Positions 55,521 through 63,937 of a stretch of 64,000 bases of DNA are shown here, piece after piece; position 1 is the stretch's first letter, and each line of letters opens with the position of its first letter. Source of the stretch: Clostridia bacterium. Its GTDB lineage: Bacteria > Bacillota > Clostridia > Christensenellales > UBA1242. The DNA is taken from positions 6,682 through 70,681 of the forward strand of contig JAZRNH010000045.1 in assembly GCA_045648025.1 (NCBI GenBank). The letters are read 5' to 3'. The translations under genes were made by a program, and so were the position numbers. A model generated the notes under the pieces. That model was not told the DNA's origin. It was given only the letters and a program-made list of their open reading frames with translations, and did not search any database.

Positions 55521-58500
55521 ATGGGGTTAATTAATATGGCGACAAAAATTCCAACTTTAATGATGAAGTTATCTTCATCTATTTTCCCGACCGGTTCTTC
55601 AAGTTTCTTGGCGGCAGCGGGAACGGATTCGTTCTTGTCGGTGGTATTCAACTTTTTAGCCAAAATTTTCTATTTTGCGGCTAAATGGATGTTATATCTG
55701 CTTGATATTTTGTATGCATATATAAAAGAACTTTGCGGTCTTAATATGAGTTATGAGTCTTTAGAAAAAATGGTTTCAAAAGAATCTGACTTTGTATTTA
55801 ATCTTTTGATTACATCAAGAGAAACAATTACTCCAATTATTAAAAGTTTAATAGGTCTTGTTATTGCACTGGTTATTTTCTTTGCAATTTTAGCGGTTAT
55901 TAAAACCACTTTCAATTCAATAAAACAAGGTGCAACAGCAGACATTAAGGGTGTATTTAGAAACACATTTAAAGCATTTATCTTGCTTGTTATTACACCA
56001 ATGCTCGCAATTGTTGGTATTGTTGCTGCAAACACAATCTTAAAGACATTATATAATGCAACAAACCCTTCAGGTTCGACAAGCATAAGCACTCAGTTGT
56101 TCTCAGCTTCTGCAACATCTGCTAGTAGTTATCGAATATATGCTCAAAATGGTTTAAAAATTCCGATAACTTATGATTTTACCGAACAAGAAACAATTTT
56201 AGAATATTATCAAAATCATCCACTTACTGATGATTTTAGAGAATATGTTGTTTCCGACAAAAACCTTATATATACAAATTATAAAAGGTTGCAAGACGGA
56301 AATTTTGATGAATTTATATATCTTAACGATGCCATTTCTTCTGGAACAGGTGTAACAGAAAGTTATGTAACAAGATATTATCAAGCTTATGATAGACATG
56401 CTGAATCTGTTAAACCAGTTTCTCCATATCATGCATATAAGAGAATTCAGGCTTATAGATCAGAATATCTTGTTATGGCAGATGTTATTGATTATTGTAT
56501 AAATTCAGGCAATACTCTTTATTTAAAAACAATACAAGAAGTTCTTGATTCTATAGCTGCTGTGCCAGATGACAGTGTGTTTGAATCATTTGTAACATTG
56601 TTTGATATTGAATTTTTAACAGCAGATTTAAAAACTTATGTTTTGAGTTCGATTGTAACAACTAATGCAGATGATGTAAACAGCACATACAACTCGTACA
56701 AACAAATCTATAATCACGATAGTTGGGAAATTATTAGATTTAACAGCACATATTATGATGCAAACGAAAGCACTGAGCCTACAAGAAAAATGGTTATTCA
56801 ATATAACCATGTTAAAGATGCTACAGATGAACTTGATGGTGCAAAGTATATAGTTGCTAGTGAACAAATTAAAACCGTTTATGATGCTTATTCAAGCAGA
56901 GATAAACAATATCCTTATTTCTATCCAATAACTCTTGGTTATGGAACTGGAAGTGGTGGTGCATTTGATACAGACTTTATTCAAATGGGTCAAATTGTTG
57001 CTGCAAAAGGTATTTTCAGCGAAGGAAAATATCCAACAGCAATTAGACAAAGTGATGACAAAGCTGAACTTCAATTTTATAGAGAGACAATCTCACAAGT
57101 AAATGTGGGTGATGAAAGTGGTATGGCTGGAGGCTCTCTTGCAACTGAAGAAAAGAAGAGTGGTATTGCTGGATTCTTCCAAAAACTTAAAGCAATGTTT
57201 AGCCCCAAAGTTAATTTAAGTGTTGACGAAAATGCGGTTATAACGGCTTATGGTATTGAAGAAGTTCAAGTCAATATTTTAACGGCTGGTAAACTTAATA
57301 TTAGCTATATGTTCTCAGATGCAATATCAAACGGTCTTGGCGGTATCATGACTGCTGCTTCAAGAGCAGTGTCTGGTCAAGACAATGTTGAACAAATTGG
57401 TATCTTTGGATTAAACTTAGATAACTTATTCATACCAAACAAACTTAATATATTAGTTCTTATTGTTGGTGCATTTGTAATGATTAAAATCACTTTCCAA
57501 GCGGTTTTTGCACTTATTAATAGGTCTTATGAACTGTTCTTAACGATTATAGTTTATCCAACGGCCTGTGCAACAATTCCTCTTGATGAAAATGGTTTCC
57601 AACAGTGGACGATAACTTATACCCAGCGACTGTTCTCAACATACGGTCTGATTCTGGGTCTGAACTTCGTTATTATGTTGTTCCCAATAATCAGTGAACT
57701 TGAAGTGTTTACGGCGGGTGAAATTGCACTTTCTAAACCTTTGATGAGATTTAGAAATCTGTTCTCACTTGGTGGACTGATAACGATTAGTTTGGAATTT
57801 TTGGCAAGTTTCTTAAACCTTGTTGTTGTAATTTTATTTGAACTTGTTGCATTTACACTTCTTGAAACAATTCCAGAAACAATTTCAAAAATCACAGGTG
57901 TTTCTGCAGCTCAAGGCTTCGACCCAATTGAAGCTATGGGTAAGGTTTTGAATGTTATTATGGGTGTTGTTAAAACCGTCGGCTCAAGTGGTTCGGGTGT
58001 AATTTTAGGTATATTCGATGTCCTTGGTGCATTTGTAGGTTCTAAAAAGTCAAGAGATAAAGCAAAGCAAAGAATTAAGCAAAAGGTTAAAGATAAAACT
58101 GACAAGCTTAAAAAAGGTGCGAAATCAATGATTCCTGGTAAAGGTCTTGTTGATTCAATAAAAGATAAGCAGCATGTAAAACAACAAATGGGTGCTCAAA
58201 AAGAAGCTATGAACAAACTTAAAGATGCTATGGATAACAAAGATAGTGATCCAAAAGCTGTTCAAGATGCTATGAGCAATTTGTTACAAGCTCAACAAAA
58301 AGCAACTGCTGCAATTAATGACCCTTCTGGTTCAAGAGCTGCGGCTGAATCTGAAAAGAAACAAAATGAAGAGGCGGGTCTTGATGAAGATGGCGAAGTT
58401 TCTTCAAGAGAAGGTGAAGAGAACGATGACCAAGAAGGAGCAGATCTTTCACATAGATCAAAGAGTTCTTTGAAGAAAGAAAAGAAGAGAGCGAAGGCTG

Positions 58501-59585
58501 TCGTTAAAAACCTTAAGAAGAAAGAAAAATCTGGTGGAGTGTTGTCTGCAACTGAACAAGCTGCATTAAAGAGACAAGAAGGTATATTGAAAAATACTAC
58601 AAATGCTCTCAAACAGCAAAAGACAGATAGCAAAGGCGACAAACAAGCTAAAAGGACTATTAGGCAGCTCACAAAAGCACAAGGAAAAGGTCAATTAACA
58701 CAAACACAAACCCAAGAACTTGCTGCTGCTCAACAAACTCTTGCTGATAGTAAAACAAGAAAGCAAACCCATGCTGCTACCAGAAAGAAAGAAAAAGATG
58801 ATATTAAGCAAAAACATGCAGATGCTAAAGAAGATGCAAAGAAAGCAGAAAGATTAAGAGCATTTAGCCATATGGATATGGGTTCAAGAATGGCTCAAAA
58901 AGGCTATTTGAAAGAGATGGAAAAGGAACAAACCAAACTTCAACAACAATTAAATGAAAGCGGTTTGAATCTCAATTTGGCTCAACTTACTCAAGATCAA
59001 TATGATAAAATTGGCACAGGTTTCTATACCGCTGCTCAAGAAGAAATTATTAAAAAATATGTTGCAAAAGAACAAGAAAAGAATGCCCTTATTGATATGA
59101 CTGGTGAAGATTATCTTAAAGCAAAGGCTCAAAGAAAAGCCAATTATGCTGCTTACAAGAATCAAGATTTAGCTGGAAAACATGGTCTTAATGTTGTAAA
59201 AACCATTCAAAAGAAGGCTCTCAACAAAAAACTTAATGGAAATTATATGCAAAATAAAAATGAACTTGCTGCGGTTTCGCAACAACTTCAAAACTTTGGA
59301 AATGTTGATTCTTCAAACATTAGAGCATATAATCAGCTTAAACAAAAACAAGCAGAGCTTCAAGCAAGACTTGATACCGCTCAAAAGTGGAATGATAGAA
59401 ATGCAATGTCTCCTGCACAAAGAAAAGCTGCTGATAAAAATCAACAACTTAGAGATAAGTGGGAAAGAGAAGCTATGCTTGAACTTAGGGCAACTAACCA
59501 AGCAATGACAAGAGAAAATCTTGACAAAGTTATGGCTAGAAAGAGACAAGAAGCAATTAATAAGCGAATAAAGAGAAGAAGATAA
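55521..59585 (+). CDS. 1354-aa polytopic membrane protein, smallest paralogue (VirB6/TrbL-like by architecture) with a ~500-aa Lys/Gln/Ala-rich basic tail
   Basis: Starts 26 nt after the previous stop, with a GGAGAG RBS. N-terminal 3-helix module, ~460-aa ectodomain, TM module with ACATIPLDENG (57570-57590), then a coiled-coil-like basic tail ending KRIKRRR. Confidence 0.6.
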   Translation: MGLINMATKIPTLMMKLSSSIFPTGSSSFLAAAGTDSFLSVVFNFLAKIFYFAAKWMLYLLDILYAYIKELCGLNMSYESLEKMVSKESDFVFNLLITSRETITPIIKSLIGLVIALVIFFAILAVIKTTFNSIKQGATADIKGVFRNTFKAFILLVITPMLAIVGIVAANTILKTLYNATNPSGSTSISTQLFSASATSASSYRIYAQNGLKIPITYDFTEQETILEYYQNHPLTDDFREYVVSDKNLIYTNYKRLQDGNFDEFIYLNDAISSGTGVTESYVTRYYQAYDRHAESVKPVSPYHAYKRIQAYRSEYLVMADVIDYCINSGNTLYLKTIQEVLDSIAAVPDDSVFESFVTLFDIEFLTADLKTYVLSSIVTTNADDVNSTYNSYKQIYNHDSWEIIRFNSTYYDANESTEPTRKMVIQYNHVKDATDELDGAKYIVASEQIKTVYDAYSSRDKQYPYFYPITLGYGTGSGGAFDTDFIQMGQIVAAKGIFSEGKYPTAIRQSDDKAELQFYRETISQVNVGDESGMAGGSLATEEKKSGIAGFFQKLKAMFSPKVNLSVDENAVITAYGIEEVQVNILTAGKLNISYMFSDAISNGLGGIMTAASRAVSGQDNVEQIGIFGLNLDNLFIPNKLNILVLIVGAFVMIKITFQAVFALINRSYELFLTIIVYPTACATIPLDENGFQQWTITYTQRLFSTYGLILGLNFVIMLFPIISELEVFTAGEIALSKPLMRFRNLFSLGGLITISLEFLASFLNLVVVILFELVAFTLLETIPETISKITGVSAAQGFDPIEAMGKVLNVIMGVVKTVGSSGSGVILGIFDVLGAFVGSKKSRDKAKQRIKQKVKDKTDKLKKGAKSMIPGKGLVDSIKDKQHVKQQMGAQKEAMNKLKDAMDNKDSDPKAVQDAMSNLLQAQQKATAAINDPSGSRAAAESEKKQNEEAGLDEDGEVSSREGEENDDQEGADLSHRSKSSLKKEKKRAKAVVKNLKKKEKSGGVLSATEQAALKRQEGILKNTTNALKQQKTDSKGDKQAKRTIRQLTKAQGKGQLTQTQTQELAAAQQTLADSKTRKQTHAATRKKEKDDIKQKHADAKEDAKKAERLRAFSHMDMGSRMAQKGYLKEMEKEQTKLQQQLNESGLNLNLAQLTQDQYDKIGTGFYTAAQEEIIKKYVAKEQEKNALIDMTGEDYLKAKAQRKANYAAYKNQDLAGKHGLNVVKTIQKKALNKKLNGNYMQNKNELAAVSQQLQNFGNVDSSNIRAYNQLKQKQAELQARLDTAQKWNDRNAMSPAQRKAADKNQQLRDKWEREAMLELRATNQAMTRENLDKVMARKRQEAINKRIKRRR

Positions 59586-59620
59586 AACTTATATTTCTTC
59601 AAAATTTTGCAAAATATAAA

Positions 59621-59653
59621 AAGACAAGAGATAATAAATCTTGTCTTTTTTTT
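59621..59653 (+). terminator. rho-independent terminator ending the plus-strand T4SS-like operon
   Basis: Stem AAGACAAGA/TCTTGTCTT (59621-59647) followed by a T-run. Confidence 0.7.
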
Positions 59654-59683
59654 ATTGCTATGCTAAAATTAATTTGAGGAAAA

Positions 59684-60136
59684 ATGATGGTTTTTGGTTT
59701 TATTTCGGCAATACTTACTATTTTTATTGACCAATTAACAAAATTTTTAATCTACGGAACTGCAACAAAATCAATTATTGGTGATTTTTTGTGGTTTCAA
59801 AGCACCTTAAACACAGGTGTTGCTTTTTCTATGTTTGAAGGGCAAACAGTTCTTTTTATTGCAATTTCTGCAATTGCAGCGGCAATCTTTGTTTATTTGT
59901 TGCTCAGCAAAAAGTTCTTCACAAACAAATTTTTAAAAGTGTGCTTAGGTTTAATTTTGGGCGGCACTGTTGGAAATATGGTTGACCGAATTGTGTTTTC
60001 TGGTGTTAGAGATTTTATATATTTTAAATTTATAAACTTTGCAATTTTCAATATTGCAGATGCTGCAATTGTGATTGCCGTGTTTATGATTTGTATTTAT
60101 ATGTTGATTGATATTTTTAAAAAGGAAAAGAAATGA
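59684..60136 (+). CDS. lspA: lipoprotein signal peptidase II
   Basis: GGTVGNMVDR and FNIADAAI motifs (catalytic Asp pair). Four TM helices. Confidence 0.85.
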   Translation: MMVFGFISAILTIFIDQLTKFLIYGTATKSIIGDFLWFQSTLNTGVAFSMFEGQTVLFIAISAIAAAIFVYLLLSKKFFTNKFLKVCLGLILGGTVGNMVDRIVFSGVRDFIYFKFINFAIFNIADAAIVIAVFMICIYMLIDIFKKEKK

Positions 60137-61056
60137 TAGAATTAAATTCTGAAATTATTGTTGAAGATTTAGAAGATAAAGTTAGGCTTGATGTGTTTCT
60201 TTCAGAAGAAACGGGTTGGTCAAGGTCACAAGTAAAACTTCAAATTGATAGCCAAAAGGCAATTGTTAATGGAAAACCTAGAAAAGCAGGTTTTTTAATT
60301 AAAAATGGCGATGTGGTTAATCTTGCATTTTCAAAAGAAATATTAGAAATTAATGCAGAAGCAGAAAATATTCCGCTTGATATTGTTTATGAAGATGATG
60401 ATTTTGCAATCATAAACAAGCCGCAAGGTATGGTGGTTCATCCAGCACCAGGTGCATATAATCACACTGTTGTTAATGCAATTTTATATTATTTTGAAAA
60501 TTTGAGCAAAGGCGGAGATAAAATCAGACCGGGCATTGTTCACAGAATAGACAAAGACACATCTGGTCTTTTGGTTATAGCCAAAAATGATGTTGCACAC
60601 AGTTCACTTGCTTCACAAATTGCAGAACACAGCTGTTTTAGAAGATACTTGGCAGTGCTTGAAGGTAACTTGAAAGATGATGAAGGAACTATTGAAACTT
60701 TTATTTCAAGAAGCAAAACAGACCGAAAAATGATGGCAGTTTCTGACTCTGGAAAGAAGGCAATAACACACTATAAAGTGCTTGAAAAATATCAAAACAA
60801 CTGTTTGGTTGAGTTTAAACTTGAAACCGGCAGAACACACCAAATTAGGGTTCATTCTAAATATTTAAACCACCCAATTGTGGGTGATAAGACCTATGGA
60901 ATAAAGAATCAAAAGTTTAAGTTAGATGGACAACTTTTACATGCTTATAAACTTGAACTTACTCATCCAACAACGGGCAAAAGAATGGAATTTGAGTGCG
61001 ATATTCCTGATTATTTTACAAATGTTGTGACAAAACTCAGAAAACAAAGTCAATAA
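60133..61056 (+). CDS. rluD: RluA/RluD-family 23S rRNA pseudouridine synthase
   Basis: N-terminal S4-like segment (VRLDVFLSE...SRSQVK). Catalytic HRIDKDTSGLLV and GRTHQIRVH motifs. ATGA overlap with lspA. Confidence 0.85.
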   Translation: MIELNSEIIVEDLEDKVRLDVFLSEETGWSRSQVKLQIDSQKAIVNGKPRKAGFLIKNGDVVNLAFSKEILEINAEAENIPLDIVYEDDDFAIINKPQGMVVHPAPGAYNHTVVNAILYYFENLSKGGDKIRPGIVHRIDKDTSGLLVIAKNDVAHSSLASQIAEHSCFRRYLAVLEGNLKDDEGTIETFISRSKTDRKMMAVSDSGKKAITHYKVLEKYQNNCLVEFKLETGRTHQIRVHSKYLNHPIVGDKTYGIKNQKFKLDGQLLHAYKLELTHPTTGKRMEFECDIPDYFTNVVTKLRKQSQ

Positions 61057-61117
61057 TAATTGACTTAAAAATTTTATAAATTATATAATAAAACTAATAT
61101 AGTGGAGGTATGTTATT

Positions 61118-61438
61118 ATGGCAAAAACAAAAACAGAAGAAACTACAACAACTTCAAAGAAATCAACAAGAAAATCATATTCCGTTGCATATATTTTAAA
61201 TATTTTATCTTATGCAGCAGTTGTTATTGGAGGCTTAGCACTCTTTATTTCAATGATACTTGCAAAATTTGGACTTTCATCATCAATTACATCTGCAATG
61301 AATAACATTGCAAACATTATTGGCTGGTCAGTTCTTTGTTTGCTTTCAGCTTCATATATCACTCACAGAAGAAAAATCTGGATGTGGGTTGTTTGGGTTA
61401 TTGCAGTTGTTATGATTGTTACAGGTATTATTTTATAA
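61118..61438 (+). CDS. small hypothetical membrane protein (106 aa)
   Basis: GGAGG RBS 9 nt upstream. Thr/Lys-rich N-terminus followed by 3 hydrophobic helices. Confidence 0.55.
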   Translation: MAKTKTEETTTTSKKSTRKSYSVAYILNILSYAAVVIGGLALFISMILAKFGLSSSITSAMNNIANIIGWSVLCLLSASYITHRRKIWMWVVWVIAVVMIVTGIIL

Positions 61439-61451
61439 AAAGGTATAAATT

Positions 61452-61787
61452 ATGAGTAAAAAAGAAATTTTAAAAACATTGGATATTGCAACATATATTG
61501 CTGCAATTGCTGCAACTGTTTTGGTGCTTATCTTTCAATTTACTGGTGCATATCTTGTTATGAAGTTTGCAATAGTAATGTATGCTGTATGTTTTATGGC
61601 ATTAGTGATTTTACTTGCGATTTCAGTTTATGATAAATTTGCAAAAAACAAAAATCAAGATAATGAAGAATCAAAGAAAGAAGAAGTTAAGCCAGTGACA
61701 AAAAAAGATAAAATTTTATCAATTGTTTGGCTTTCACTGGCAGCCATTGCTTTGGTTTTAACAATTGCACTTTTAGTTGTTTATTAA
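61452..61787 (+). CDS. small hypothetical membrane protein (111 aa)
   Basis: Two N-terminal helices, a charged KNKNQDNEESKKEE linker, and a C-terminal helix. Hairpin terminator ACCGCTT/AAGCGGT follows at ~61800-61826. Confidence 0.55.
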   Translation: MSKKEILKTLDIATYIAAIAATVLVLIFQFTGAYLVMKFAIVMYAVCFMALVILLAISVYDKFAKNKNQDNEESKKEEVKPVTKKDKILSIVWLSLAAIALVLTIALLVVY

Positions 61788-61917
61788 AAAATATAGAAGA
61801 CCGCTTGAAAAAGCGGTTTTTTTGTTATGTAAAGTGGTCAAATAGCAGATAAATCTTGACAAATTGTATAAAGTTAATTAAAATAATTGTGTTAGTTTAT
61901 TATCAAGGAGAATTATA

Positions 61918-63201
61918 ATGACATACAAAATTGGTGAAAAGAAAGACGGAAAACTTACCGTTGACTTTAAATTAAATGCTGATGAATGGGAAGCAGAAGT
62001 AGAAAAGGCTTACCAAAAAAATAAAGGAAAATACAAACTTGATGGTTTCAGACAAGGTAAAATTCCTAGAAAAGTTTTAGAAAAAACTTATGGCGAATTT
62101 TTATTCTATGAAGATGCATTGAATGCTGTTTGTGATGATAGCTTCTATGATTTCATTGAAAAAGAAACTGATGTTCAAGCAGTTGACTATCCAGAAATTT
62201 CTGTTAAGTCACTCACAAAAGACGGTGTTGAATGGGTTGCTACAATCACACTCTTACCAGAAGTTACTCTTGGTAAACTTGATGGATTGAATGTAACAAA
62301 ATCAAAAGTTTCTGTTACTGAAAAAGAAGTTGATGAAAAAATTAAAGAACTTCAAGAAAAACAAGCTAGATATGTTGATGTTACAGACAAACCTGCAAAA
62401 ATGGGTGACCTTGTAAACATTGATTTTGCTGGTTCTATGAACGGTGTTGCTTTTGAAGGCGGCACAGCAAAAGATTATGAACTTGAACTTGGAAGCCATT
62501 CATTTATCGCTGGTTTTGAAGAACAAGTTGTTGGTATGACAATTGATGAACAAAAAGATGTTAATGTAACATTCCCAGATGCTTATCATGCAAAAGAACT
62601 TGCTGGAAAACCTGCAGTTTTTGCTGTTAAACTTCTTGCTATTCGTGAAAAACAAGTTCCAGAAATTGATGACAAATTTGCTGCTGATGTAAGTGAATTT
62701 AACACAGTTGCTGAACTTAAAAAAGACACAAAAGAAAAACTTAAAGCAGAAAAAGAAACAGCTGCAGAAAAAGAACTTGAAAACAAACTTGTTGAAGCTT
62801 ATGTTGATGGTGCAACTGTTGATATTCCAAAATGTATGGTTACAAACCAAATTAACCGTGGAATTGAAGAAACAAAGAGAGCTCTTGCTTCACAAGGTAT
62901 GAGCTATGAAATGTATCTTGCATATATCGGTATGAACGATGCAGACTTCAGAAAATCAAGAGAAGAAGAAACAGAAAAGCAAATCAAAGTTAGTCTTGTT
63001 TTGAGCGAACTTGTTAAAGCTGAAAAGATTGAAGCTACTGAAGCAGAAATTGATGCAAAAGTTGTAGAACTTGCTGAAAAGATGAAAAAGACAGCTGAAG
63101 AACTTAAAAAGACAATGACTGCAAATCAAAAAGATGTTATTGTTAACAACATTGTTTCAGACAAGATTGTTAAACTTTTGAAAGAAAAGAACAATATTTA
63201 A
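61918..63201 (+). CDS. tig: trigger factor
   Basis: N-terminal ribosome-binding GFRQGKIPRKVLE motif, central FKBP-like GDLVNIDFAGSMNGVAFEGG, and an acidic helical C-terminus. Confidence 0.9.
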   Translation: MTYKIGEKKDGKLTVDFKLNADEWEAEVEKAYQKNKGKYKLDGFRQGKIPRKVLEKTYGEFLFYEDALNAVCDDSFYDFIEKETDVQAVDYPEISVKSLTKDGVEWVATITLLPEVTLGKLDGLNVTKSKVSVTEKEVDEKIKELQEKQARYVDVTDKPAKMGDLVNIDFAGSMNGVAFEGGTAKDYELELGSHSFIAGFEEQVVGMTIDEQKDVNVTFPDAYHAKELAGKPAVFAVKLLAIREKQVPEIDDKFAADVSEFNTVAELKKDTKEKLKAEKETAAEKELENKLVEAYVDGATVDIPKCMVTNQINRGIEETKRALASQGMSYEMYLAYIGMNDADFRKSREEETEKQIKVSLVLSELVKAEKIEATEAEIDAKVVELAEKMKKTAEELKKTMTANQKDVIVNNIVSDKIVKLLKEKNNI

Positions 63202-63343
63202 TAAAAAAATCAAAAAAGTGCAATAATAATTGCTTTGGTTCGGTAATAAAGTTTTATTATGAACTTTTGCAGTATTGCACTTTTGTTTGAGTAAAAAATA
63301 TTTTTTTGTTAAAACTTTAATGTATTAACAATTGGAGTTATTT

Positions 63344-63937
63344 ATGAACGAAAAAGATATGCTTATTCCTATGGTTGTTGAACAAACAAACAGAGGCGAA
63401 AGATCTTATGATATTTATTCAAGACTTTTAGAAGATAGAATTATATTTTTGACAGGCGAAATCAATGATCAATCAGCAAATTTGGTTATTGCACAGCTTA
63501 TTTATTTGGAAGGCAAAGACCCTGACAAAGATATCACTCTTTATATCAACAGTCCTGGTGGAAGTGTGGTTGCTGGTATGGCAATTTACGACACTATGAA
63601 CTATATCAAATGTGATGTTTGCACAGTTTGTATTGGTATGGCTGCATCAATGGCGGCAATACTTCTTTCTAGTGGCACAAAGGGCAAGAGATTTGCACTT
63701 TCTAACTCAGAAGTTATGATTCATCAGCCACTTGGTGGTTTCCAAGGTCAAGCAAGTGATATTAAAATCCATGCTGCTCATATGGAAAAAACCAAGAAGA
63801 CTATCAATAGAATTTTATCAGAAAATACTGGTATGCCTATTGAAACCGTTGAAAAAGATACAGACAGAGATAACTTTATGTCTGCCGAAGAAGCAAAGAA
63901 ATACGGTCTTATTGACAAGATTTATGCAAAAAGATAA
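63344..63937 (+). CDS. clpP: ATP-dependent Clp protease proteolytic subunit
   Basis: [19 protein letters not shown] (Ser nucleophile) and MIHQPLGG (His) motifs. GGAG RBS favours the ATG at 63344 over the TTG at 63332. Confidence 0.9.
   Translation: MNEKDMLIPMVVEQTNRGERSYDIYSRLLEDRIIFLTGEINDQSANLVIAQLIYLEGKDPDKDITLYINSPGGSVVAGMAIYDTMNYIKCDVCTVCIGMAASMAAILLSSGTKGKRFALSNSEVMIHQPLGGFQGQASDIKIHAAHMEKTKKTINRILSENTGMPIETVEKDTDRDNFMSAEEAKKYGLIDKIYAKR

Noticed and set aside
22123-59683. Possibility that the T4SS block is a classical ICE, prophage or genomic island with recognisable borders
   Set aside because: No integrase/recombinase, relaxase, transposase, tRNA target or flanking direct repeats were found at 22.1-22.3 kb or 59.6-59.7 kb. 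The flanks are clean terminators and promoters of housekeeping genes. I cannot exclude ancient acquisition.
61102-61305. 67-aa ORF overlapping the start of 61118..61438 in another frame
   Set aside because: The GGAGG RBS is correctly spaced for the ATG at 61118. The 61118 frame gives a coherent 3-TM membrane protein, while the alternative frame is Asn/Tyr/Cys-rich junk.
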